From Candidatus Saccharimonadota bacterium (GTDB taxonomy: Bacteria > Bacillota_I > Bacilli_A > Mycoplasmatales > Hepatoplasmataceae): 32,000 nt of DNA. Location of the stretch: assembly GCF_000582535.1 (NCBI RefSeq), contig NZ_CP006932.1, forward strand, positions 625,102 to 657,101, written 5' to 3'. Positions 11,361-20,950 of the stretch are shown here, piece by piece (position 1 is the stretch's first letter; each line of letters opens with the position of its first letter). The position numbers and the translations under genes are program-made. A model generated the notes under the pieces. It ran no database searches, had not been told where the DNA came from, and was given only the letters and a program-made list of their open reading frames with translations.

Positions 11361-12752
11361 ATGAAAAAATATTATGTAGGAATTCTAATTCCATTGTTAG
11401 GTGTTATGCCAATAAATAAAAATTTAATTAATAAAAATGAAGAAAATGCTTTTGAAAATCAACAAATTATTGATATTTCAGCAGGAGGACATCACTCCGG
11501 TACTATAATTGATACAGATAATAATGGTTATGCAGATACCCTTTATATGTGAGGAAATAATTACGTAGGCCAAATAGGAAATGGAAGATCTGGAGGGATT
11601 GTTGAATCTCCAGAAAAAATTGATTTTGATTGAAATGGAAATTTAATTAATTTAGAACTTGGTGTAATTCATTCTGGATTAACAGTTGATAGTGATTATG
11701 ATGGTTATGCAGATACATTATATATGTGAGGATATAATTTTGATGGAGAAATTGGGAATGGAACATGAGGAGATCAAAACATATCTAAAATTCCTGAAAA
11801 AATAACACCACAAGGACAAGATGATTGAGGGGGAAATATAATTGATTTATCTTTATCTGCATTAAACAGTGGAGTTACTATTGATACTGATTATGATGGA
11901 TATGCTGATACATTATATATGTGAGGAAAAGATAATGTAGGACAAATAGGAAATGGTTCTTCTGATAATTTAATGAAAATATATCCAACATTAGTATTTC
12001 CTGAAATTGATGATTGAAATGGTAATTTAATTGATTTAAATCTTGATGGATATCATTCTGGATTAACAGTAGATAGTGATTATGATGGTTATGCTGATAC
12101 ATTATATATGTGAGGAGATAATGGAGATGGTCAAATAGGAAATAACACTTTTGATATTATTTATTCTCCTGAAATTATAAATCCAGTTGATAGTAATTGA
12201 AATGGAAATATAATTGATTTTGATTTAGGGGAAAATAGCACAGGAGTTACTATTGATACTGATTATAATGGATATGCAGATACATTATATATTTGAGGTA
12301 ATAATTTCTATGGACAAACAGGAAATGGAATTAGTGGATATGATTATGATAATTTTCCTACTCCTACAAAAACAGAATATGATTTTAAAGGAAATTTAAT
12401 TGACTTATCATTAGGTGGATCACATGTAAGTATAACAATTGATAGTAATTATGATGGTTATGCTGATACACTTTATGTTTGAGGATATAATAACGAAGGA
12501 CAAATTGGAAATAATAAAGAGGGAGTTAGTGAATTAGAAGATACTCCGATTATAATTACTCCTGTTGATCAAATTAATTGATCAGGAAATATTGTTGAAT
12601 TATCATTAGGTTTTAATACAACAATGATTTCTGTAGATCAAAATAATGATCAAATAGCAGATTCAATTTGAATGTGAGGACAAAATACTTTTTCAGAAGC
12701 TGGACAAGATGGATCAATTAGTAAAGTATTAACACCACAAAAATTAATATAA
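11361..12752 (+). CDS. Secreted RCC1-like 7-bladed beta-propeller protein (463 aa), paralogue of the 1-2031 gene
   Basis: ATG at 11361 follows a GAGGGG RBS. The frame was verified open to TAA at 12750-12752, with 16 in-frame TGA codons. The hydrophobic N-terminus is MKKYYVGILIPLLGVMPI. Seven blades each carry D-x-D-x-(D/N)-G-Y-A-D-T-L-Y-x-W-G-x-N-x-x-G-Q-x-G-N. Confidence 0.85.
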
Positions 12753-12760
12753 ATTATTTT

Positions 12761-13534
12761 TTAAATTCGATAAAACTTTTTTGCATTACTATTTGAAATA
12801 GTAATTAATTCTTCCATTTTTAAATCTCTAATTTTTGAGAATTCTAACATTAAGTACTTTAAGTAAAAAGGATAATTAGTTTTCCCTCTAAAAGGAACAG
12901 GAGTAAGATAAGGGCAATCTGTTTCAAAAATTATTTTATCAAGAGGAATAATTTTTGCATAATTTTTAATTTCTTGGGCATTTTTAAATGTAATAATTCC
13001 ATTAAAACTAAAAATTAAATTTTTAAATTTTAGAAAGTTATTAAACATTTTTTCATTTCCAGTATAAGAATGAATTATATAATTTAAATTTGGAAATTTA
13101 GATATTATTTTATAAATATCTTCATAAGCATCACGACCATGAATAACTACAGGTAATTTAAATTTATTTGCAATTTCTAATTGAAAAATAAATCATTTTT
13201 TTTGTATTTCTTTTTCTTCTTCTTTTTTAATTCTTGAATAATCTAATCCTATTTCGCCAATTGCTTTTATTGTTTTCTTATTATCAAAAATAATTTTTTC
13301 TAAAATTTCTCCTTTTAATTCATCTAGTTCATTTACATCAAAAGGATGTAAACCAAGAACAGGAATAAGCTTTGGATATTTTTTATTTAAATTTAAAATT
13401 TCTTGAAGTGAAGAAAAATCTGTTCCAATATTAAATACATATTCAAGTTCTGATAGTGATTTTTCAATAATCTTATCTAATTCTTCTTTATAATATCTCT
13501 GTAAAAGATGAGCATGTGTATCTATTGCTTTCAT
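12761..13534 (-). CDS. tatD: TatD-family metal-dependent DNase/hydrolase (257 aa)
   Basis: Fragments 12761-13048 and 13193-13552 are in frame and joined through TGA. Motifs: MKAIDTHAHL, GEIGLDY, LPVVIHGRDA, IIHSYTG, FETDCPYLTP. I prefer the ATG at 13534 (AGGA upstream), because the track's TTG at 13552 would overlap mnmE. Confidence 0.9.
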
Positions 13535-13536
13535 TT

Positions 13537-14877
13537 CTATTTTCCTATACAAAAAGTACTAAATAATTGATAAATATAATCTTCATCTAATTCTTTTCCT
13601 AAAATTTTATAAAGATCTCTAAGAATTGTTTCTATTTCAAATGAAATAATATCTTCTTGATAATTATCATCAATCATCGATATTATATTATTTAATTTCG
13701 CTGCAATATTTTTAAAATTATTAATTTGATTATCTGTAAGCAAAATAGCATTTTCTTCTGTAAATTTTGCTATCAATTTTGTTTCAATAAATTTAATTAT
13801 TTCTTTTTCAAGTAAATTTATTTTATTTTCTTTTGCAGATATTTTAAGAAAATTAAAATCTATTTTTATTTTTTTAATTTGATCTTTTTTATTTATTACT
13901 TTAATTATTTTATTTTCGTAATCCTTTAAAATATCTTTAAAAGAATTTAATTGCTTATTAATTGATTTTGTACCATCTATTAGTAAAATAATAAGATCTG
14001 CTTCTTTTAGAGTTTTTAAAGATTTTTTTATTCCAATTTTTTCAACTTTATTACCATATTTTCTTAATCCTGCTGTATCTTGAAAAGTAATTAAATGATT
14101 GTTTAAATAAATAGAAGATTCAACAACATCTCTTGTTGTTCCCTTATAATTTGAAACAATTGCTCTATCTTCTTTTAAAATTTGATTAAGTAAAGTTGAT
14201 TTTCCAGCATTTGGTTGTCCAATTAAAGCAATTTTGATTCCTTTTCCAATTTTAATTATTTTATTAGATTCATATATTATTTGTGTAAATTTTTGCTCTA
14301 ATAATTTTAATTCTTGATTCATTTTTTTTAAATTATAAATTGGTAAATCTGTATTCTCGGGATAATCAATTGCAATTTGAATTCTTGAAATTATATCTTC
14401 TAATTTTTTGATTATTTGATCTATAAATTCACCTTGTTTATTATTTAAATTTTTTGTTGCTTGATTTGAAAGTGTTTGATCATTTGTAAGAATTAAAGTA
14501 TTAATAGCTTCTGATTGAGTAAGATTAATTTTTCCATTCATAAAAGCTTGCTGCATAAATTCACCAGGATTTGCTTGAATAATATCCATTTTACTTAATT
14601 TAGAAAGAATTTTATTAGCAACTATCATCGAACCGTGAAAATGAATTTCACAAACATCTTCTCCTGTAAATGAATTTGGTTTTTCAAAAATTAAAACTAG
14701 CGTATCATCAATAAATTCTTTTGAAAAAAATAATTTATAAAATCTTACTGAATTTGCTTCTAATTTTATGTTCGGATATAAATTTTTAAGAACAAAAAAA
14801 GTAGATGGTCCAGAAATACGTATTATTCCTACATTTTGATTAATTGGTTTTGTAACCAATGAATATATTGTTTGCAA
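13537..14877 (-). CDS. mnmE: tRNA modification GTPase MnmE/TrmE (446 aa)
   Basis: Motifs: IIRISGP near the N-terminus, G1 GQPNAGKSTL, G3 DTAG, NKKD, and the diagnostic C-terminal CIGK. The preferred start is TTG at 14877, 7 nt after GGGAG. The track's GTG at 14907 would overlap the upstream small gene. Confidence 0.92.
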   Translation of the reverse strand: MQTIYSLVTKPINQNVGIIRISGPSTFFVLKNLYPNIKLEANSVRFYKLFFSKEFIDDTLVLIFEKPNSFTGEDVCEIHFHGSMIVANKILSKLSKMDIIQANPGEFMQQAFMNGKINLTQSEAINTLILTNDQTLSNQATKNLNNKQGEFIDQIIKKLEDIISRIQIAIDYPENTDLPIYNLKKMNQELKLLEQKFTQIIYESNKIIKIGKGIKIALIGQPNAGKSTLLNQILKEDRAIVSNYKGTTRDVVESSIYLNNHLITFQDTAGLRKYGNKVEKIGIKKSLKTLKEADLIILLIDGTKSINKQLNSFKDILKDYENKIIKVINKKDQIKKIKIDFNFLKISAKENKINLLEKEIIKFIETKLIAKFTEENAILLTDNQINNFKNIAAKLNNIISMIDDNYQEDIISFEIETILRDLYKILGKELDEDYIYQLFSTFCIGK

Positions 14878-14896
14878 ATTAAAACTCCCTTTATTT

Positions 14897-15151
14897 TTAT
14901 ATTGCACTAATTATTGATCAATTATCAGGTCATCAATTAGTTCCTATAAATGTATCACAGAAAGCAATAAATAAAGCAACAATCAAAACAACAATTACTA
15001 AATATTTACAAAATATGTAAATTCCTTTGAAAACATATTTGAAAAAAATTTTTAAAAAAGCAATAAATAATAAAATTAAAATTATGGCAATTATTATTCA
15101 AAAAAGCATAATTCAATATCATGCTCATTCACTATAAAATGATCCTACCAT
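14897..15151 (-). CDS. Small Trp-rich two-TM membrane protein (84 aa), tandem paralogue A
   Basis: Absent from the ORF track because it contains 6 in-frame TGA codons. Under table 4 it reads MVGSFYSEWAWYWIMLFWIIIAIILILLFIAFLKIFFKYVFKGIYIFCKYLVIVVLIVALFIAFCDTFIGTNWWPDNWSIISAI, ending in TAA. It shares FYS(D/E)W.WYWI..FW and LFIAFCDTFIGT(D/N)WWP motifs with the 15222-15506 gene. Confidence 0.6.
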
Positions 15152-15193
15152 ATAAATTTCTTCATTTCTTCTTTTAATATATTATATAAACAA

Positions 15194-15220
15194 AAATAAA
15201 GTTAGTAACTAACTTTATTT
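15194..15220 (-). terminator. Perfect 12-bp stem / 3-nt loop hairpin directly after the stop of the 15222-15506 gene; candidate intrinsic terminator
   Basis: aaataaagttag-taa-ctaactttattt is perfectly self-complementary. It is followed on the minus strand by UUGUUUAU. The stem is AU-rich, so it is weak by E. coli standards. Confidence 0.5.
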
Positions 15221-15221
15221 T

Positions 15222-15506
15222 TTAAGAATTTGCTCAATCTATTAAATTTCAATCGGATGGTCATCAATCAGTACCAATAAAAGTATCACAAAATGCGATA
15301 AACAAAAGAACTGAAATAGCAAGACCGATAATTGGTCCTATTATTTTAAATATAAGAGCAATTGAAAATTTAAAAATGAATTTAAAAATTATAAACAAAA
15401 ATGTAAATGCAAATATTGCAATTAGCAATCAAAATAGAAAAATTCAATACCAATCTCAGTCGCTATAAAAAGCACCGACTTGATTTACTGCAGCTAAAAT
15501 CTCCAT
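15222..15506 (-). CDS. Small Trp-rich two-TM membrane protein (94 aa), tandem paralogue B
   Basis: Invisible under the standard code (7 TGA codons). ATG at 15506 lies 6 nt after AAGGA. It reads MEILAAVNQVGAFYSDWDWYWIFLFWLLIAIFAFTFLFIIFKFIFKFSIALIFKIIGPIIGLAISVLLFIAFCDTFIGTDWWPSDWNLIDWANS, ending in TAA. Confidence 0.6.
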
Positions 15507-15550
15507 ATTTCATCCTTTATCATTTTATGTATAACGATATTATAACTAAA

Positions 15551-16483
15551 TTAAGAATATTTATTAAAAAAATCTAGACTTAAAAGATATTTTTCTTTTA
15601 AGGACAATACATCTTGACAAATTTCTAAAAGCTTATTATCTGTAATCATTCTTGAATAAAATTTACTTTTTAATTTGTCTTTTAAATTATTAATATTAAT
15701 AATAATAAGTTCATCTGAAATATTATTTTTCAAATGAGGATTTAACAATTTAAAAACATAATGATAAATTGCAACTTGTCTTCAATAATCAAAATTATCA
15801 CCCTCGGATGATGTTTTAAGATCACAAATATGAATCATTTTTGTATCTTTATTTATAAGTAAAAAATCAATTTCTCCTGTAAAAATTCCATCAGGATGAT
15901 AAAATTTCAAATTATGGCCAATTACAACAAAATTATTTTGATCTAAATGATTTAAAAATTCCAAAACTTCTGTAGATTGTGTGGAAATAGGTATACTTTC
16001 TTCATTTTCTAAATAATTTACAATATCACTTTCAACTTTTTTTCCATAGTCTATTGATTCTTGTAATTTAATTTTTCCTAAAATTTTAAGAGTTTGATTA
16101 TAAATTGTTTGTTTAGTAAACATTTTTATTTTTTTTTGAATTAAATCTAATTCATATAAAATTCTTTTACCTTTTTCAGAATTTCAATTTATTCAATTTC
16201 AACCAAAATTATTTACCATATCATTTAAATCAATTTCAAATTTTTGTTCTCTTTTTATTTGATTTAATTTATATTCTCCTAATAATGGAAGAATATAAGG
16301 TTCATTAAATTTATTCAAAAATTCAGATAAACTAGAATTACTAGGAATATTTAAAAATTCATTACTTTGTTCAAGATAATAAAAATCTAATTTTTTATAT
16401 GGTTGATATAATTTGTCTTTTTTTATTAATTTTAATTTGATTTTTTTCTGTAATTCAGGATAATAATATCTAAAGTTTTTCAT
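15551..16483 (-). CDS. PD-(D/E)xK nuclease-fold protein, RecB/Cas4-like motif set (310 aa)
   Basis: Fragments 15551-15748, 15782-16123 and 16199-16483 are in one frame, with junctions interrupted only by TGA. The motif order is GEIDFLLIN...IHICDLKTS (D...D-x-K) followed by W-R-Q-V-A-I-Y (QxxxY). The ATG directly abuts the rsmI stop. Confidence 0.6.
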
Positions 16484-17317
16484 TTAATCTTTATCTTTCA
16501 TATTTTTTAGTAAATCATAAATTTGATTTTTTTTAAATTTTTGTTCAAATAAATTATAAATCATTAAAATCTCCTTATCTTTTAAATTTAAATTACGAAA
16601 AAAATGAAGTTGCTCTTTAAGATCTTCTAATTCTTTTTTATTATTAAATAGGTTTTTTGTTGGAATAAGAACAACAAATTCTCCTTTTAAATTATTTTTT
16701 ATTAAAAAATCATTAATTTTTATTTTTTCTATTTCTTCAAATTTTTTTGTTAATTCACGAGCAATTATAATTTCTAGATCATCTTGATAATAATTTGCAA
16801 TTATTTTTAAACTATTAATAATTCTCTTAGGAGATTCATAAAAAATAATAAGATCAACACTTTTTTTAAGTTTTTCAATTTGGAAAAATATCTTATTTTC
16901 TGTTCTTTCAATAAAACCTAAAAAAGCAAATGAATTATAAATAATTCCACTTGCACTTAAAGCTGTAATTAAAGCACTTGCTCCAGGAATTGGGATAACA
17001 TCAATTTCTTTTTCTTTTAAAAAATTAATTATAATCTGTCCAGGATCAGAAATGGTTGGAGTCCCAGAATCAGAAATTAAAGCACAATCAGAAATTGCTA
17101 ATTTTTCAAAAACAAATTGTTTTATTTTTGATTCTTTAAATTTATGAAGAGAATATAATTTCTTTTTTTTTATTTCATAATGATTCAATAATTTTTGTGA
17201 ATGCAAAGTATTTTCACAAAAAATAAAATCAACTGATTTTAAAATTTCTAATCCTCTTATTGAAATATCTTTAAGATTTCCAATCGGTGTTCCAACAACA
17301 AAAAATTTATTGCTCAT
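16484..17317 (-). CDS. rsmI: 16S rRNA (cytidine1402-2'-O)-methyltransferase RsmI (277 aa)
   Basis: Intact ORF. Motifs: N-terminal FVVGTPIGNLKDIS.R, ISDSGTPTISDPG, IPGASA; tetrapyrrole-methylase fold pattern. Its position after tmk/holB is typical of Firmicutes and Mollicutes. Confidence 0.9.
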   Translation of the reverse strand: MSNKFFVVGTPIGNLKDISIRGLEILKSVDFIFCENTLHSQKLLNHYEIKKKKLYSLHKFKESKIKQFVFEKLAISDCALISDSGTPTISDPGQIIINFLKEKEIDVIPIPGASALITALSASGIIYNSFAFLGFIERTENKIFFQIEKLKKSVDLIIFYESPKRIINSLKIIANYYQDDLEIIIARELTKKFEEIEKIKINDFLIKNNLKGEFVVLIPTKNLFNNKKELEDLKEQLHFFRNLNLKDKEILMIYNLFEQKFKKNQIYDLLKNMKDKD

Positions 17318-17831
17318 TTTTTCCTTTTAAATTAAAATAATTATTTAAAAGATAATTAAAAAATATTTCGTTTTCAATTATATTTGTATTTATTCCTAAA
17401 TTAATTAATTTTTGATCACTTAAAGAAATTTTTGTAAGTAAAAAACAATTAACTAATTGTTTTGTATATTGATCTGCTTCTGTAAAAAATTTTTTAATTT
17501 TAATTAAATCATTACTTAGAAATAAATTTTCAAAATCTAGATTTACTTTAAAATTATCATAATTAAATTTACGATCTTTAATAAAAGAAAGTAAAAATTC
17601 TAAATTATGATTTCATCGATAATAACTAATTCTTAATTCTTTTTTATTTTTAACAAGATTTAAAATTGTAAATACCAATTTTTTAAAATTTCCATAATTT
17701 CACTTATCGATATTTTCAATTAATTTTCAATTTAAAATTAAATCTTCTTTATTGCTTTCCTCAGAAAATAAATCTTCTTTACTATAATTACTTATTTTTT
17801 GATTTATTTGTTTTTCAATTATTACTTTCAT
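17307..17831 (-). CDS. Hypothetical protein (174 aa) in the holB (DNA pol III delta') position; no AAA+ N-terminal motifs visible
   Basis: Not in the ORF track (4 TGA codons). The frame was checked open from ATG 17831 to TAA 17307. It begins MKVIIEKQINQKISNYSKEDLFSEE... and overlaps the rsmI start by 11 nt. Assignment rests on synteny only. Confidence 0.5.
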
Positions 17832-17833
17832 TT

Positions 17834-18472
17834 TTAAAACCTTTTATTAAGATCTTTTATTATTATGTCTATTATTTTTTCTAATGATTCTTCTCCATTT
17901 ATTAAAATAAATCTTTTAGGATTTTTTTTTGCTAAATCTAAATATCTTTTTCTAATATTTTTATGAAAATTTAAATCATAAGTATCAAATTTATTGATAC
18001 TTCTTTTATTTTTAATAATTCTAGATTGTGCTAATTTAGGATCAATATCAATTAAATATGTTGTTCTAGGATTAACATTTAAAGTTGCAAGAGTATTTGT
18101 AATTTTAATTTGATGATCTTTAATTCCCTTTAAGCCTTGATAAACAAAAGTTGAATCTGTAAATCGATCACATATTACAATTTTTTTTGCTTTTAAATTA
18201 GGATAAATAAATTTCTGAATATGTTCAGCACGATTTGCTTGAAGAAGAAAAAGTTCTGTAATTGGTAAAATATCATAATTAACTATTAAATCTCTTGTTT
18301 TAAGAAGAAATTCATTTCCTGAATTTCCTGGTTCTCTTGTAAAAATAACTTCTCTATTTTTAAAAAGGTATTTATTCTTAGTAACCAAAAAAATCTTTTT
18401 TAATTGATTAATTATTGTTGTTTTTCCAGCTCCGTCTATTCCTTCAATTGTAATGAAATTTTTATATTCCAT
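17834..18472 (-). CDS. tmk: Thymidylate kinase (212 aa)
   Basis: Intact ORF with P-loop FITIEGIDGAGKTT, REPG and DRF motifs. Confidence 0.95.
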   Translation of the reverse strand: MEYKNFITIEGIDGAGKTTIINQLKKIFLVTKNKYLFKNREVIFTREPGNSGNEFLLKTRDLIVNYDILPITELFLLQANRAEHIQKFIYPNLKAKKIVICDRFTDSTFVYQGLKGIKDHQIKITNTLATLNVNPRTTYLIDIDPKLAQSRIIKNKRSINKFDTYDLNFHKNIRKRYLDLAKKNPKRFILINGEESLEKIIDIIIKDLNKRF

Positions 18473-19068
18473 TATATCTCCTCTTGATTATTAAAAATAT
18501 ATTGAATAGTATCTATATTTAAATAACTTATACTTAAATCTTTTGGGACACCAATTTTTATTTTTGTAAATAAAAATTTACGATCATTAAAAATCTTTTT
18601 CAATTCTTTTTTAAAAACTTTAATTATAAGTTCACTTTCTAAAGATGGAGGGGTAAAAAAACTTATTTTTGTAACATTTTCATTATCTTGTAAAAGTTTT
18701 GTTAATCTTAAAATAATATTATTAAGAAAAATATTATTTAAATAATCACTTTTTTTATTGAAATTTAAATTAAAAAACTTTAGATCTTGATTTTGTAAAT
18801 AATTGTAAATTTTAAAATAATCATTAAAATTTTCGATAATATAAAGAACTTGTTCTTCTAATTTACAATTACTACATTCCTCACCCTCATAAAAAAGATT
18901 ACAAATATTACATAATTTTATTTCATTTATTAAATTTGATAATTTATTTAATTTATTTAAAGTTTCTTTTTTATTTTTAATAAATTCAATTGCTAATCTT
19001 TGTCCTTGTTTTGGACCAATAGATGATCAAAGTGTTAATTCATTTATTAAAATATCTAAATTTTTCAT
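18472..19068 (-). CDS. recR: Recombination protein RecR (198 aa)
   Basis: Not in the track (TGA at codon 14). The frame was checked open. The N-terminal helix-hairpin-helix region reads ELTLWSSIGPKQGQRLA. A C4 zinc finger CNICN...CSNC is present. The TAA overlaps the tmk ATG by 1 nt (TAATG). Its position after dnaX is canonical. Confidence 0.85.
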
Positions 19069-19075
19069 TTTTAAA

Positions 19076-20872
19076 TTAAGAATTTATAATTTCTAATTTA
19101 TCTCCGAATATTTTCTTATATTTTGCGATTGCTTCTTCATTTACAATCTGATCAATTTTAATTTTTTCAGCAACTTTTTTATCTTCTGAACGTAATTTTT
19201 TATAAATTATATTAAGTTTATTTCAATCACTTGAAAGAATTGGAAGTAAAATTACATTTTCTCCGAATAATTCTTTTGTAAAATCTAAAAATGTTTCTTC
19301 CAATGAGAAAATTTTGAAATTAGTATATTGTTGAGGATTTGGTAATCCAAAAATAATAATTGAATCTTTTGATGAAACAAGAATTTTACCTTCCAATAAT
19401 ACAGAAACATATTTTTTTACATTTTTTTTATTTATATAAGAAGAAAGATAATTAAAACGATCAACAAATTTTTCTGTTTTCTTTTTATTATAATCAAATA
19501 AAACAGTAAGATAATGTTTAATATTAACAAAATCTGTAATTACTTTTTGATCATTTTTGCTTTCTGTAATTTTTATTTTTTTTATTTCAAAATCTGTATT
19601 TAAATTTTTAAAATTATTTTCTTTAATAAAATTTTCAATTTCTTTTGTTTTTGCGTCTTCTATTTCTTTTTCTTCGTTTAAAATTGATGCTTCATTAAGA
19701 TCTTCTTCAAAAAGAAGATCTTCTTTTTTATCTAAAGAAGATACTTTTAATATTTTATCTTCTTCTTGAGATAATTCTTCTTCTAAGCTTTCTTCTTCTT
19801 TAATTTCATCTTTTTCTTCTTGATCAATATTTAAAGAAGAAATCTTTTCATCATTATTTTCTTTTTCTTGATAATAATCATTACTTAATTTATCTTTATC
19901 TTCATTATTTATAAATAAATTTATCAAAGATAATTTCAATAAATAAGGATCTTTTACATTAATTGAAAGATTAATTAAATTATTTAATAATTTTTGATGT
20001 TTTAAATTTTTTTCCAAAATTTGATCAGTAAGATAATTAATTAAAATTAATAAAAAATTCTTAAAATCAACTTCTGATTTTTGAATAAAATTAAGCATTT
20101 TTTGATTATCTTTTAAATACAAATTTAAAAGATTATCTGGTAATATTCCTAATATTTTTGTTATTTTATCTTGATTTAATTCTTTTGAATACAAAAATAT
20201 TGTTTCTAAATAAGAAATTGCATCTCTTAATGAACCGTTTGCAATTTTTGCAACATATTTCAAACTGTCATCTAAAATTTTTGCTTCTTCCTGTTCTGCA
20301 ATTTCTGTTAATTTTGTAAAAATTTCCTTTTCACTTAAAGTTTCTAAATTTAAAATAATCAAACGAGAAAGAACAGTTTCTGGAATTTTATTAATTTCTG
20401 TAGTTGCTAATAAAAAAATTGTTTTTTCAGGTGGTTCTTCCAATGTTTTAAGTAAAGCATTAAATGCTGATTTGGAAAGCATATGAATTTCATCAATAAT
20501 ATAAATCTTATAAAAAGAATTAGTAGTTGCATAATTTGCTTTTTCTTTAATATCTCTGATTTCATCTACTCCATTATTAGAAGCAGCATCAATCTCAATT
20601 ACATCAAAGCTAGAAAAACTATTTATTTCATTACAAGATTGACAATTATTACATGGATTATATGATTCCTTGCTTCTTTCTTTACAATTTATTGATTTTG
20701 CAAAAACTCTTGCAAGTGTTGTTTTACCTACTCCTCTAATCCCATAAAAAAGATAGGCATGGTTAATTTTATTTTGTAAAATTGAGTTTATTAAAATTTG
20801 CTTTACAATTTTTTGTCCACAAATTTGATCAAAGTTTTTTGGTCTATACTTAATATATAATGAATTTGTCAT
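19076..20872 (-). CDS. dnaX: DNA polymerase III subunit gamma/tau (598 aa)
   Basis: Motifs: GIRGVGKTT Walker A, zinc module C-x..-CNNCQSC, IDEIHML, SRL. The track stop at 19223 is TGA; reading through adds 49 aa to TAA at 19076. An acidic low-complexity linker (EEKDEIKEEESLEEELSQEED) lies mid-protein. Confidence 0.93.
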
Positions 20873-20950
20873 TTTAATCGATAATTTATTGTTTAAATAT
20901 ATTAATTATTATAAAACTTATTAATTAATAATTAATAAATATAAACAAAA

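Noticed and set aside
11450-12700. Regularly spaced repeats (~186-189 bp period, recurring gatggttatgc(a/t)gatacattatatatgtgagga) that could be mistaken for a CRISPR-like or satellite array; the same occurs at 900-1900.
   Set aside because: The period is a multiple of 3. The repeats lie in a verified open frame and encode the conserved YADTLYMWG blade motif. The intervening units are also related, with no unique spacers, and no cas genes are present. These are protein-coding tandem repeats.
14878-14907. The track's GTG start for mnmE at 14907 (adding MQYKNKGSFN).
   Set aside because: It would overlap the upstream small membrane gene (stop at 14897) and contains the GGGAG that serves as RBS for a TTG at 14877. 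The MnmE N-terminal consensus begins right after that TTG.
19069-19225. A possible small ybaB/ebfC gene between dnaX and recR, expected from synteny.
   Set aside because: No ATG/GTG/TTG-initiated ORF with an RBS is present. The interval is in frame with dnaX after a TGA codon and ends in TAA, so it is the DnaX C-terminal tail.
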